63,543 nucleotides of DNA, filler included, from Octopus bimaculoides (GCF_001194135.2; 6 parts of 5 records of this genome joined end to end with filler, not necessarily neighbours in it), one strand, 5' to 3'; shown: positions 1 to 13,587, counted from the first letter of the whole stretch. Program-made: numbers and translations. Notes: generated by a model from the sequence alone, not told the origin.

Positions 1-345
1 CTTAGTAGTGTTGATTGTTTACTAATTTCGTTGAGAATCGATAAATCTTTTCTCTTTTTTAAAATTTTGTTCTGGATGTTATTTATCCACAAGGTCTGTT
101 TGGGTGGTAGAACTCCTGTTCGGATGGGTTTAAGTGAGTATCCTGCTTCTTTTTCTTCTTTTGTGGCTTCAGTGGCTGCCGCATATATTATGTCATTTAG
201 CTCAGTGATATTGCCTGTTGTTTCTGTGGTTGTTAGTTCCGTGACGGCCAGGTTTATGCTATTTATTATTGATGTTGTTTTATCGTCTATTTTGATTTTT
301 GGGAGATATAATCTGTGGTCCATTCTAAGAATGGCATACGAAATA
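1..345 (-). mobile_element. R4/Dong-clade non-LTR retrotransposon fragment (region upstream of RT)
   Basis: Minus-strand translation ...ELNDIIYAAATEAT...PPKQTLWINNIQNKILKKRKDLSILNEI resembles the LNxLIYAAA...PxWxRRIExKIxxLRKDLS segment of R4/Dong ORFs. Confidence 0.6.
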
Positions 346-399
346 TGTGATAACATATGAATGATGAAGTCCTGATACAGGGGAAACTCCAGCGAAGGC

Positions 400-2230
400 C
401 AATCAAGAACCTCATAGATCCAGTATTATCCAAACCACCAAAAGCACGAGCCCTCTTGCCTGCTCTCCAATCTACAGGCGCATACTTAGAGTAAGGCCAT
501 TCACTCTAACCATTTTTGTCACAGTCATCCATCTTTTCACGAATTCACTGGGTGGAAGCACTTCCCTCTCTACCTTCACTTTCCTTTCCAAGTGGAACTT
601 AAAAATGTTGGTGAAAGCTCTACTTTGTTAGAGATGAGTGGTAGGGTGATTCTCACGAAGGATTCAGCCGTGAGTCGGATTCGCCCCACACACGATAACA
701 GCTGTTCGACATAACTCCACAAGTAAGCAATACTCAGACACTGCACGAATGCATGCAGAAGGTTTTCGTCACTCTGCGCTCATCTCGGTGTCGCAGTGGA
801 GCGCTGCCAGTCCAGGGATTTCTGGAGTTATCCATTGTAGCACCGGGCCTAAAAGTTCTCCGAAACAGGCCATCTTTACCCCGAGAACGTTATCGCTCTT
901 ATCCCCCAACAGATTTCTATATATTGCTACTGTAGAACTTCCTTCGACTGCATTGCTCGACTAGTAGAAGACAGTGAGCGCCTGGTGACACTCCAGATGC
1001 CAAGCGCCTAATTTTTGTCTTTTCTTGACCTAGGATTGCAGCTCCATCAAAGATATGAGCTGCGGGAAGGCGTGTCTAACAAAATACAAACTAGCAACCA
1101 TGGATACTAAGCCCGCCTTCAAGAGGGTGTTGGCAACAGACTGCTTGACCAGAAGAACTCATCCTATCCACAGAAAGCAGGGAAGTAAACGCTCCAGTTC
1201 GGCCAAACGTCGAGTGGAGCAAGGCATAACGGTCAGGCGGTAAGTTATTAAGGAAGTGATGTGAGCATTCGCTACCTCTACTTGACCTTTCTGGAATAAT
1301 TTCTTCTCAGTCCATTTTTGAGTGGGACTGGCCAACCTGCTTGAAACTTGATCTCAGTTCTTGTTNNNNNNNNNNTGTTCACCTGGAGATCCCGGCCAAA
1401 CCTGAGCAATTTCGCCAGTCAGTCTGTCCATCGACCTAATATGCTCTTTGTTAGTACAGGCTTGCTTCCCCAGTTGCCGAGCCACAAGCCTATCAACTTC
1501 TTTGGATTTATCTTAGCTCCTACCATCGCCTTGTATTTCTTTAAAATGGAGTCGACTAATATTATCGTGATATCAACCACATATGCCGACATAGCTCTTC
1601 CGCATCCTAGTTCGAAATGGATGCTCTTCAAGTGATCTAACTTCCGCAAAGGCTCGCGCGCCAGATTGGACAGAAGAGATGAGAGAGGACAACCTTGACA
1701 GATCGAGATATGCAACGGTTCTGAGAGGCGACCATTTGCTTTTACTACCGAGCAACCGCCAGTGTACATTGCTGCGATCCAGCCGCTGAAAACGGGTCTG
1801 AAACAGGCTGCTTTCAGGATTATTGCCAAGTAGCGATGATCGACCCTATCGAAAGCTTCGGACAGATCCAAACTGATCTGGGCTCCACCGATTCCAGATT
1901 TATTGCCCATTCTCTCTATGGTGTAATGCAGGAGGTGGAGGTTGTCGTAGATGGATCTATTGGGGATCACACATGTTTGAGCTTCTCAGACCAAACCATC
2001 TACCACAAGCACCAACCTCTTTGCAAACACCTCGGCCAACATTTTACACTCAGCATTTAGCAGGGTTATAGGACGGAAATTGTCTATAATAACTCCTGTA
2101 TCGGTGTCCTTACTCAGCAAAGTTAACACGCTTCGGCTCACAGACCTGAGAATTCTTCTGTTTTGCTGCCAGTCACCAAACAGATATAGCATATAACCAT
2201 AAAACTTACAGGGCAGACCGTCCAAACCGG
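400..2230 (-). mobile_element. Degraded L1/Tx1-type LINE (RT domain through 3' end)
   Basis: ORFs 1986-2225 (LTLLSKD..NFRPITLLNAECKMLAEVFAKRL) and 1419-1970 (RSIYDNL..SLDLSEAFDRVDHRYL..ICQGCPLSSLL..YVVDITI) are RT motifs. Frameshifts and stops show it is inactive. Confidence 0.85.
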
Positions 2231-2607
2231 ACTATTTGTCTCTCATGCAATCACTCTCGTATCTCAGTTGCTTTTATTCACCTCTCACAGCGTTTGTAGT
2301 CTTTTCGCTTCGGGAATACCACCATATTTATTGGAGAAAACAAAGGGACAGGTTTCTCATCTACGTAATTTCGAGTGGCAGATGGTCTGTGTTCTTTTGA
2401 GGTGGGTGTCCCTTGAAAGGTTCTGGGAATGAAATTTTGTTTTCGATTTTCTGAAGAGTAATTTCACTCTTTGGAAAGTTGTTCAAGAGAGTGTGGCAAA
2501 CTTGGCTTGATGGTCTTATTAGCATTCTCACCATAGAAGTTTTGGAGGTCAATTTTTCAAATTCTTCCCCTTCAATAACAACAAAAACAATAAGAACAAC
2601 AACGATA

Positions 2608-2611
2608 CTGC

Positions 2612-2663
<52 letters not shown>
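2608..2663. repeat. Compound trinucleotide microsatellite (CTG)n(ATG)n
   Basis: Directly visible; source of the poly-Q/H/L/M runs in the ORF track. Confidence 0.95.
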
Positions 2664-3665
2664 AGAAAATTAGGAGAGAATAATACAAAAGTGTTAGAAT
2701 AATATTAAACACTGAACTCAATGCTAGAAATAAGGTAAGAGGGATAAATNNNNNNNNNNNNNNNNNNNNNNNNNNNNNNNNNNNNNNNNNNNNNNNNNNN
2801 NNNNNNNNNNNNNNNNNNNNNNNNNNNNNNNNNNNNNNNNNNNNNNNNNNNNNNNNNNNNNNNNNNNNNNNNNNNNNNNNNNNNNNNNNNNNNNNNNNNN
2901 NNNNNNNNNNNNNNNNNNNNNNNNNNNNNNNNNNNNNNNNNNNNNNNNNNNNNNNNNNNNNNNNNNNNNNNNNNNNNNNNNNNNNNNNNNNNNNNNNNNN
3001 NNNNNNNNNNNNNNNNNNNNNNNNNNNNNNNNNNNNNNNNNNNNNNNNNNNNNNNNNNNNNNNNNNNNNNNNNNNNNNNNNNNNNNNNNNNNNNNNNNNN
3101 NNNNNNNNNNNNNNNNNNNNNNNNNNNNNNNNNNNNNNNNNNNNNNNNNNNNNNNNNNNNNNNNNNNNNNNNNNNNNNNNNNNNNNNNNNNNNNNNNNNN
3201 NNNNNNNNNNNNNNNNNNNNNNNNNNNNNNNNNNNNNNNNNNNNNNNNNNNNNNNNNNNNNNNNNNNNNNNNNNNNNNNNNNNNNNNNNNNNNNNNNNNN
3301 NNNNNNNNNNNNNNNNNNNNNNNNNNNNNNNNNNNNNNNNNNNNNNNNNNNNNNNNNNNNNNNNNNNNNNNNNNNNNNNNNNNNNNNNNNNNNNNNNNNN
3401 NNNNNNNNNNNNNNNNNNNNNNNNNNNNNNNNNNNNNNNNNNNNNNNNNNNNNNNNNNNNNNNNNNNNNNNNNNNNNNNNNNNNNNNNNNNNNNNNNNNN
3501 NNNNNNNNNNNNNNNNNNNNNNNNNNNNNNNNNNNNNNNNNNNNNNNNNNNNNNNNNNNNNNNNNNNNNNNNNNNNNNNNNNNNNNNNNNNNNNNNNNNN
3601 NNNNNNNNNNNNNNNNNNNNNNNNNNNNNNNNNNNNNNNNNNNNNNNNNNNNNNNNNNNNNNNNN

Positions 3666-3725
<60 letters not shown>

Positions 3726-3758
3726 TGTGTGTGTGTATGTGTGTGTTTGGGTGTGTGT

Positions 3759-3794
<36 letters not shown>

Positions 3795-3859
3795 ATGACT
3801 GAATAGTTATATCCACTGGGCAATATACCAACTCTACAACCTTCCCCCCACCAAAAAAC

Positions 3860-4101
3860 AAACTAGAAATGGTATAAGCATGTGCCAAACAAAGCACATG
3901 ATAACGACCGACCAGGCTACGATCATCTGGGATATGCCTGTTCAAACTGACAAAGAAAGCAAAGCTAATCGCTCAGACATTATAACCAAGGATTGAAGAA
4001 ACAAAAACCTACTGCGTGCTAATAGACATTACAGTCCCTTCTGAACAAAATATTACCCCAAAAGTGGAGAAACTGTCAAAGTACAAAGACCTCGAATTGC
4101 T
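3860..4101 (+). mobile_element. Restriction-like endonuclease (RLE) domain fragment of an R4/Dong-type LINE
   Basis: Translates KWYKHVPNKA..ATIIWDMPVQTDKESKANRSDII..IDITVPSEQNI..EKLSKYKDLEI, matching the WYxH..WD..QTD..NRPDI..IDVxVP..EKxxKYxDL RLE pattern; contains a stop and a frameshift. Confidence 0.75.
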
Positions 4102-4449
4102 TGTTGTTTTACTCTTCTTTTCCTAACGAGATCAACGCGGAACATTGCCTTTTATTATATGTCAGATGATTACTGAGTGAGAGAGCAGCGGATACCAATT
4201 AAGTGACATCGGGGTACAAATATACGAAGCCCAATATACCCATCATGACTACCCGTCTGACAAGGGTACACCAGGCGTATGCATCGTCATGATATGTGCA
4301 CGCCGTGGTGATCTCATATCAAGCTAAACCGCGCAAAATTTACTTGAGCGGAATGAGTAGCTCATTCTGTTCAAAAGGTCTCTGAGTATATATATATTAT
4401 TCTTTTATATGTTTCAGCGCTAAGGTTGTGGCCATGCTGGAGCCACATA

Positions 4450-4493
<44 letters not shown>

Positions 4494-4640
4494 TAGGTTG
4501 ATAGATAGATAGATAGTCTTCGATATCGTACGGCTGACCAAAACATTGTGAGTAGATCTGGTAGAATGAGACTGTAAGAGGACATCTATATGTATGTGTG
4601 TATGTATGTATGTATGCTCCTATGCACACACATGCTACGA

Positions 4641-4934
4641 GGATGCATGACCTAATGGTTAGCGTGTTGCACTCATTATTGCAGAATCATAGTTTCAATT
4701 CTTAGACTGGGATGTGCATTGTGTTCTTTAGCAAAACACTTCATCTCATGTTACTCTGCAATCACTTCGCTGACTAACGCATGGTACACCATGCACCTGT
4801 TCAAGCAGCATCAATTTGATGGAGGGAGTAAGATTATGTACAGCACGTACATTTGATCACTATAAACAAATCTTTTGTGTGGGTTGTTCAGCAAAAGCTG
4901 AACGACCATACGTCTCTCCGACGGGAGAATCCAT

Positions 4935-4935
<1 letters not shown>
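4641..4935 (+). mobile_element. Old tRNA-derived SINE
   Basis: A-box-like TGACCTAATGG (4648), B-box-like AGTTTCAATTC (~4691), then a CORE-like TGTGTTCTTTAGCAAAACACTT segment; ends in (TG)n. Confidence 0.5.
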
Positions 4936-4972
<37 letters not shown>

Positions 4973-5254
4973 CGCGTGCGTGCGCGTGCGTGCGGCATGC
5001 ATGCATGCGTGTGCGCGTGCATGCATGCGTGTGTGCATGCATGAGTATGTCTGTGTGTGTATTTATGTAAATATCTGTTTTTACGTGGAGTTATATATAA
5101 AAACAGTTTAACATTAAAACTTACTCTACCTTTTTATAAAGTATATATTTATGAATTTTTGCAAGGAAAAGTTTTGGCATTCTCCCTTTCATCGAAATAT
5201 CTGATGAAGATGAGCAAGTCGAAACTTCGAAGTCCCTGCCAAGCTTTTCTTTGT

Positions 5255-5412
5255 GAGCTGTGACTGTGTGGTAAGAAGCTTGCTTCCCAACCACATGGTG
5301 CCGGGTTCAGTTCCACTGCGTAGTACTTTGGCCAAGTGTCTTCTACTATAGCCGCGGGCCTACCAAAGGCTTGTGAGTGGATTTCGTAGAGGGAAACTAA
5401 AAAAAGACCATT
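5255..5412 (+). mobile_element. tRNA-derived SINE, family A (octopus OK-like; name tentative)
   Basis: Head TGACTGTGTGGTAAG..GGGTTCAGTTCC with pol III boxes, body ..TTGTGAGTGGATTT..GGAAACT. Related copies at ~27100-27245(-), 33840-33990(-), 38920-39075(+), 47140-47265(+), 50330-50462(+), 50510-50680(+), 62706-62870(-). Confidence 0.8.
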
Positions 5413-5750
5413 GTATATATATATATATATTCTATTACTATCTCTATTCCTATTTCTCTTTCTCTTTCCCCTTTCGTTTCCTCTCTCTTCCTTTCTCTAA
5501 TTCTTTTTATCTCCCCTTCTCCCCCTTTCGTTTTTTTCTCTCTCATCCTTTCTCTAATTCTTTTCCTCTCCCCTTCGCCGTTCTCTCTCTGACCCTCTCT
5601 CCGTCACTCTTCTTCCTTTGCTCTCTCGTTGCTTGCACGTGTCCATCAGCCATCTTTCTTTTCCTAACTCGAGTTTTTTTCTTTCCTTCCAATCAGCTGC
5701 AGAGATCAGACGCATTCTTACCTGTCTCCTGTCAAAGCTTGTTCCTCATT

Positions 5751-5975
<225 letters not shown>

Positions 5976-6202
5976 NNNNNNNNNNNNNNNNNNNNNNNNN
6001 NNNNNNNNNNNNNNNNNNNNNNNNNNNNNNNNNNNNNNNNNNNNNNNNNNNNNNNNNNNNNNNNNNNNNNNNNNNNNNNNNNNNNNNNNNNNNNNNNNNN
6101 NNNNNNNNNNNNNNNNNNNNNNNNNNNNNNNNNNNNNNNNNNNNNNNNNNNNNNNNNNNNNNNNNNNNNNNNNNNNNNNNNNNNNNNNNNNNNNNNNNNN
6201 NN

Positions 6203-6260
<58 letters not shown>

Positions 6261-6740
6261 TAAAGGTGGGTGGGGGAGAGAATATTGTGAAAAAGCTGTT
6301 GAAAGTAAAGAAACGAAGGAAGGAAAGAAAAGAAAGAAAGAGAGAAAGAAAGAAAGAAAATGAGAAATAGAAGTTGATCGACAAAATGAGAGAATGAAAA
6401 GCAATGTGGAGAAAGAGAGAGGGATAGGCGAAGACAAAAGGAGAAATAGAAAATTGATAGTGAGGGAGGTGGTAAGAGTGAGAGTGTAAGGGAAAGTGAG
6501 AAGGATGGGAAGAGGGAGAGTAAGCAGGAGGGTGGGAGGGGAGAGAAGGAGGAGAGTCTGAAAAGAGAAGTGATCTGACAGCTGAACCCTAAACGGAGAC
6601 ACCATTAATCCGCTGCGGAAACTGACTGACAGCGACGCCTGGCGGCGAAATCCGCTGTCAGTGGGTTCACAGCCATGTCAGAGGTCGGACTCTAGCAACG
6701 GCCTAAGTGATGGTTTATCCAATGGGATTACGTCAGCTTG

Positions 6741-6806
<66 letters not shown>

Positions 6807-6850
6807 NNNNNNNNNNNNNNNNNNNNNNNNNNNNNNNNNNNNNNNNNNNN

Positions 6851-6862
6851 TTAATTAATTAA
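6851..6862. other. Assembly gap linker TTAATTAATTAA (artefact)
   Basis: Centred in a 44N+12+44N = 100-bp gap. Identical at 25145-25156, 51384-51395, 59709-59720 and 62468-62479. Gives TAA in all six frames. Confidence 0.95.
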
Positions 6863-6906
6863 NNNNNNNNNNNNNNNNNNNNNNNNNNNNNNNNNNNNNN
6901 NNNNNN

Positions 6907-7250
6907 GATGCCTCTGTAATTATTTGTATCTAAAGCGTCACCTTTACCTTTGTAGCAGTTGACTATGATGCTGCTACACCAGCCATTGGGTATGACTCCT
7001 TCGTGTATCACCTGGTTCGTAATACGGGTGACTAGGCTATAGCCAACACTGCCAGATATTTTGAGCATCTCTGCAGTGATTCCTGATGGGCCGGGGGCTT
7101 TCCCGGTCTTCATACTCTTAATTGCTTTATCTACCCTGGTACTATCAACTCGGATAGCTGGTCCCTCTATTGGGTCGACATACGGCAGGCTCTCTTTCTC
7201 CCATTCATTCTCTTTATTAAGCAATCACCTTCAATTGTCAGTACTTATTT
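6907..7250 (-). mobile_element. RTE-clade LINE fragment (start of RT)
   Basis: VDKAIKSMKTGKAPGPSGITAEMLK..IPNGWCSSIIVNCYKGKGDALDTNNYRGI is the canonical RTE pre-RT/RT1 region; open until the gap. Confidence 0.9.
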
Positions 7251-8159
7251 GAAACGCATTGGACCTGAAAATGCATAAACTTGAGAAGAACCAGCCTGCA
7301 GGCACTCCTCTCCTGTTAAAAAGTACATCAACTCCATGCAAAATACATTTAAATGAGCATTCATTATAACGGTCTACATTGTTTACACCTAGTGCTATTA
7401 ACATATAGCAACCTGACTTAAATCCTTAAAACGGATTTATTATTATTTTTGTTCCACACAGAACCATATTTTTCTTTTTCTCTTCAAAATGCTACAGGTA
7501 GTACCAGTTTTACATTGTTTACTGGTAGTGCTACTACATATAGGAACCTGACTTAAGTCCTTTGAACGGACTTATATCTTTCACTGTGTGAAGTTCAATT
7601 CTGTGTTAGAGTTCCAGTTTTATCCGACATTTTTTCTTCAGAATCGTTTTTACTTTTTTTTTCTTCAGAACTTTTCACTGTGTGAAGTTCAAATCCCCAC
7701 CTCGGGATTTTTAACATTTTTCCACTGCGTGAGCTCCAAATCCTTATCGCCACTGATATGTCCTGCATTATGACAACATGACTTCATCGTCTGCATGACT
7801 GGCCTCAACAGCATACCTTGCTAACTGACACTACTTACTGAGTCTGTCCACTATTTATTAGTAGTGGACCAGCCCACTTCTCAACTGGGGGCATCCGCCA
7901 CAACATTATATAAATATATACATATATATATATACACACACACATGATTTATAAAGATAAAATCCTTTAAATATAAATTTTCTTATATATATATAACTAG
8001 GAAGTTAGTTTTTGTTGCAGCAATATCAAAGGAAGGTTAACTAGGAACTAGGAAGTTAGTTTTTGTATGTGAAATGTTCAGGAGCAATAAACACTGAAAA
8101 TGTGCAGAAAACAACTTCTGTCACATTCCAGGGAAAAAACTAGTAGTTGATACCTTCCA

Positions 8160-9447
8160 TTATCTAGGTGACCATGTTAGTAGTGGGGGAGGGTGTGCTG
8201 AAAGTGTAGCTGCTAGAATAAGAATAGCCTGGGCAAAGTTCAGAGATCTCTTACCACTGCTGGTGACAAAGGGCCTCTTGCTCAGAGTAAAAGGCAGACT
8301 GTATGACACATGTGTATGAACAGCCATGCTACATGGCAGTGAAACATGGGCCGTGACTGCTGAGGACATGTGTAAGCTCGCAAGGAATGAAGCCAGTATG
8401 CTCCGATGGATGAGTAATGTCAGTGTGCATACCCGACAGAGTGTAAGTATCTTGAGAGAAAAGTTGAACCTAAGAAGCATCAGTTGTGGTGTGCAAGAGA
8501 GACGATTGCGCTGGTATGGTCATGTGGCGAGAATGGATGAGGATAGCTGTGTGAAAAAGTGCCACACCCTAGCGGTTGAGGCANNNNNNNNNNNNNNNNN
8601 NNNNNNNNNNNNNNNNNNNNNNNNNNNNNNNNNNNNNNNNNNNNNNNNNNNNNNNNNNNNNNNNNNNNNNNNNNNNNNNNNNNNNNNNNNNNNNNNNNNN
8701 NNNNCCTGTGGAAGAGGTAGGCCCAGGAAGACCTGGGATGAGGTGGTGAAGCACGATCTCCGAACATTAGGCCTCACCAAGGCAATGACTTGTGACCCAG
8801 ACCTTTGGAAATATGCTGTGCGTGAGAAGACCCGGCAAGCCAAGTGAAACCAAACTCCAAGGCCTCTGCCAGGGACGTAGCCAGCCCACTTATGCGTTCC
8901 ATTCCTTCATTGGACACTAAACTCCGCTTGCGAAGACCTGTTGAGGCAAGTGAAATCGAAATCAAACTAAATTTGACGACTGGCACCCATGCCAACATCT
9001 CTCATTGTACACTAAACTCGGCTTGCAAAGACCTTTTGGGGCAAGCGAAAGCGAAATCGTGATGGCACCTGTACCAGTGGAGCACTAAGAGCGTGATCGT
9101 TACCAATGTCGCCTCCCTGGCACTTGTGCCGGTGGCACATGAAAAGACATTCGAGCGAGATTGTTGCCAGTGCCGCTGGACTGGCTCCTGTGCAGGTGGC
9201 ACATAAAATAAACCATTTCGAGCATGGCCGTTGCCAGTACTGCCTGACTGGCCTTCATGCCGGTGGCACGTAAAAGCACACACTACACTCTCAGAGTGGT
9301 TGGCATTAGGAAGAGCATCCAGCTGTAGAAACTCTGCCAAATCAGATTGGAGCCTGGTGTAGCCACCTGGTTCACCAGTCCTCAGTCAAATCATCCAACC
9401 CATGCTAGCATGGAAAGCGGACGTTGAACAATGATGATGATGATGAT
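8160..9447 (+). mobile_element. RTE-clade LINE 3' portion (end of ORF plus 3'UTR with (ATG)n tail)
   Basis: LGD..ARIRIAWAKFRDLLPLL..KGRLYDTCV*TAMLHGSETWA..RLRWYGHVARM..GRGRPRKTWDEVVKHDL. The 3'UTR ends CCATGCTAGCATGGAAAGCGGACGTT..(ATG)n. Confidence 0.9.
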
Positions 9448-9587
9448 ATATATATATACACACACACATTTATATGGTAGAGGGGCAAAATGAGGTGTTT
9501 TTACTGAAGTTTTGACTTTGAGACAAAATATATTTGATTTCAAACAGATAGGGAGAAAATAATGAAATCAAAAATTTATATATATAT

Positions 9588-12090
9588 AGTCAATCCAAAG
9601 ATGAACAAGCAAGAAAAAACAATGTGAGGATGTGGAATAAGTACAGTGTTATTGGACGCTCAGGAAAGAAAAGAAAAGAAAGGATTTCATGTTTTGAGTG
9701 GAGCTCTTCATCAGAAATACAGAAAAAGTTCAAAGAAGGGAAGATGGAGAAAGAAAATCACCAACGATACAAATGCAGTCACATACTGAAATGACCGGAA
9801 GGGAAAGGGTGAAGAAAAAGTTCTTTGAAAGACAGGAGAGTGCAAGAGAAGGAGGGATATGTATGGATGTGCGTGATGATAGCACGTGTATGTGCATGTG
9901 GTTGTGGCTGTTTTTGTATGTGTGTGGTTGGACTTAGTATCATTTTAGGTCATAGGAAGAATTTATAGCAAGAATTTTGGTAGGAGAATGGTCAGTAGAA
10001 AGGTACTGGTAGTTTGAAGTATGTGTATGTATATGTAGTGTGTGTGTGTGTGTGTGTTTTGTTTGCAGTGTGTGAGTGTATGGGTATATGTGTACACATG
10101 AGGTTGGCTGTGGAGTAACTGTACGTTACTGTGTGCGTGTGTGTGCTTGTATGTTCAGGTGTGTGTGTACATGTATGTATAATTGTGTGCGTGTATGTAT
10201 GAGTGAGCTGTGTGTGTATGGGAGGTATGTGTGGGTTCATTTGTGTGTGAACAAGAGGTTGTGTAGGGGGTATGTGTATTTTTTTGCGCGTGTATCCATG
10301 TGTATGTGTATGCGTGTGTGCATGGGTTGTGTATATGTGCATGTATGTGTGTGTGTTTGTGCCCATGTGTAATTGTGTGCGTGTCTGTATGGGTGTGTAT
10401 TGAGTGTTGGAGGTACATGTGCGAGTGTTTGTATGTGTGTGTATGTGCAAGCATGTGTATAGGCGTGAACGTGGAGATGTCTGGTTATGTGTGTACGCTT
10501 ATGTGTGTGTGTGTGTGTATAGGCATGTGTCTGTGTGGATTATGTATCTGTGCATTCCAGTGCATGTGTATGTGTGTGCACATGTATATGTGTGTGTGCG
10601 TGTGTAGTATGTGGGAGGTATATGTGTGTGCATGGGTGCATGTGTTTTTTCGTATGTGTGCGTGTATATAGAAATAAAAGCAATAAATTATAAAAAGTAA
10701 TTTTGAAAGGAGATGAAGAAGTTAATGCAATATAAAATGGCGCAATTACAAACAAAAAAATGAAATAAGGTTGCTTAGTTGCAGGAGGTGTAGAGGCAGT
10801 CAATAGGAGGAGGGGGTTGTGTTTAGTCCAAAGGGATAGTTCTTCAAGTCGTGAGTGTGTGGATCCGTGGTGCAGAGCGAGAGCGAGGCCAAAGACAGAG
10901 ATGTTACAAGGGGAGTGGTTGGCCAAGCAGAAGTGATGGGTGACGGGGGTGATCGAACGTAGCCAAACATCCCATAGATGTTCAGTGAACCCGTCGGCCC
11001 TACATATAGTTTACCACAGAGGTTGCATCTAATACAGTATATGAGGCTNNNNNNNNNNNNNNNNNNNNNNNNNNNNNNNNNNNNNNNNNNNNNNNNNNNN
11101 NNNNNNNNNNNNNNNNNNNNNNNNNNNNNNNNNNNNNNNNNNNNNNNNNNNNNNNNNNNNNNNNNNNNNNNNNNNNNNNNNNNNNNNNNNNNNNNNNNNN
11201 NNNNNNNNNNNCGGTTAGGGGAGGGAGAAAGGGCGGTGGTGCGATCAATTTGACATGCGTGGGCAAAAGTATTTTGGACAAGGGTTGAGGCGGGCAAGGT
11301 ACTGGGACTGGGTCTCAAAATCCTGGTCCTGGCTGCACAAGCGTCAGAGGTGGAGGAACTAGGAGTAGGGGATGGCCCGTTTGGTGTGGAAGGGATGAGG
11401 AGGAGAAGTTGAGGTAGAGGTGGGAATCTGTGGGTTTGAAGAAGGCGGTGGTGAGAGTGGGAGGGGTGGTCAATAATAAGAGAGATATCAAGGAAGTTAA
11501 CAGAGGTGTTAGAGATAGAAGTGAATTGGAGAGAAGGGTGGAAGTTAGAAAGGAATGAGATGATGTGGCACAGTTGTTCACGGGAAAGGGAAGTGACACC
11601 TATACAGTTGTCTATGTAGCAACAGTATAGCTCTGGGGTCGGACCGGAGAATTGGGAGAATGCTTGGGCCTCAATGTGGCCAACAAAGAGGTTGGTGAAA
11701 TTGGGGCCCATTCTCATTCCCATTGCGACAGCTCTGCCAAATGAAGAAGGGTGGAGGTGCTGGATGTGGGATCAGGGCGATGGTCAAGGAAGTATTGGAG
11801 GGCTAAGAGACTGTCGTTGTGGGGAATCAGTGTATAGGGATTTGATATCCAAGGTGAAGAGAAGGTATGAGGGGCTGGGAGGGAAGGAAAAGGAATTGAA
11901 GAGGCAAAGGGCGTGATTAGTGTCATGTATGTGAGATGGGAGGGCAGCAACTAAAGGGGACAGGATGCGGTCAAGGTATTTGGAAATGAGTTTGGTGGGG
12001 CAATTACAGGCAGAAATGATAGGGCGGCCAGGTTTATGTATTTTGGGAAGGAAATAGATGGTGGAGGTACGATCTCTTCAGCACAGGTAA
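9588..12090 (-). mobile_element. Penelope-like element (RT + GIY-YIG endonuclease), degraded
   Basis: YFLPKIHKPGRPIISACNCPTKLISKYLD; MGPNFTNLFVGHIE..YIDNCIG..FHPSLQFT..VNFLDISL; LIYCIRCNLCGKLYVG. The terminal region is interrupted by a ~800-bp CA/TG low-complexity tract (~9880-10660). Confidence 0.85.
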
Positions 12091-12495
12091 GGTTGGCTCG
12101 GAGGGGTCCTTTTTTGAAATTAAATTGCCCGACCAACGCACTGCAGTCGTACACGAAGTCTAGGCTACTGAATTGGCCTGGAGGCGGCGTCCAGTTGGAT
12201 GGGCGACGCCCCAGCTACGAAAAGCAATCCCGATTGGGTAACGCTGGGTGCCTCTGNNNNNNNNNNNNNNNNNNNNNNNNNNNNNNNNNNNNNNNNNNNN
12301 NNNNNNNNNNNNNNNNNNNNNNNNNNNNNNNNNNNNNNNNNNNNNNNNNNNNNNNNNNNNNNNNNNNNNNNNNNNNNNNNNNNNNNNNNNNNNNNNNNNN
12401 NNNNNNNNNNNNNNNNNNNNNNNNNNNNNNNNNNNNNNNNNNNNNNNNNNNNNNNNNNNNNNNNNNNNNNNNNNNNNNNNNNNNNNNNNNNNNNN

Positions 12496-12531
<36 letters not shown>

Positions 12532-13540
12532 TTGGAATTTACAAAAAAAACAAACAAACAAAACAAAAGACGAAGACAGGTGTGTAAACAACAAACATGT
12601 ATTAGGACCACTGATGAGGTCACAGAAGTGTGACGAAAGAACTCTGGCCGAAATAGGATTAATGTAATGTAATATAAAGCTGAAACAAATTAACACCAAA
12701 TATACAGTGCATGTATTTTTATTGGCTAAACTGGCAGTATGACCATCCCCAAGTACAATAACATATATATATATATATATCTTCACAAGAGTGATTGAAA
12801 TAAATGGCGATTGTGGAACGTACGCACGCACACATCAGATGAAATGGACGAGTGTGCGAGAAGGGGTGTATTGTCATGTATACGTACATACATCTTTTTT
12901 GTATGTATGTGAGCGTGAGAGAGAATGCCACTTAGGCATCTCTCTTTCTCATACGCACACATACATACGAAAAAGATGAATACATATGTATTTATGTATG
13001 TACATATACATGACAACACACCCCTTGACTGACTGGCGCTCTCTCTCTCTCAAAAACACACACATACATAAATTTATACGAACGTACTTACAAAGACACG
13101 TGTGTATGTGATAGAGAAATGAGGAGCGAGAACGTTGCAAACAATGAATGAAAAACATGAATGAAAAAATCGTATAAATAAAAGCCCTTGTACCGTATAT
13201 TCAGATTTATGAACTTAGTAAATATTTCTTTCAGTAATGTATCATAGTTGTTTGCAAATAATGAATTAAAACCATCAAAATAGAGAGTGAGAAATTTTGC
13301 AAATAAAAACAGAAAATTTTGCTGTTGCTACGTCCATACCAGAAGTTGACATTGAGAAACCATTTTAAAGAAGTGAATCATATATATATATATATAAAGC
13401 AATATTATTTACTTTTACGAAAAAAAAAACAAAAAAACTGAAGACCCTATAATGTATCAGAGGTCAAATTATTCATGCATCCTTTTTCGCGTGAAAAGCG
13501 AATACACACAGGTCTATGCTATTAAAAAAAAAACTGAGTG

Positions 13541-13587
<47 letters not shown>

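Noticed and set aside
6851-6862. TTAATTAATTAA recurring five times as a possible biological motif
   Set aside because: It is always centred in a 44N+12+44N gap: a scaffolding linker with stops in all six frames.
6907-9447. Single RTE with a twin-priming 5' inversion
   Set aside because: The opposed fragments are separated by ~900 bp of unrelated DNA and no TSD is visible; two independent insertions are simpler.
9992-10671. His/Thr- and Cys/Val-rich ORFs resembling metal-binding proteins
   Set aside because: They are translations of degenerate (CA/TG)n on both strands.
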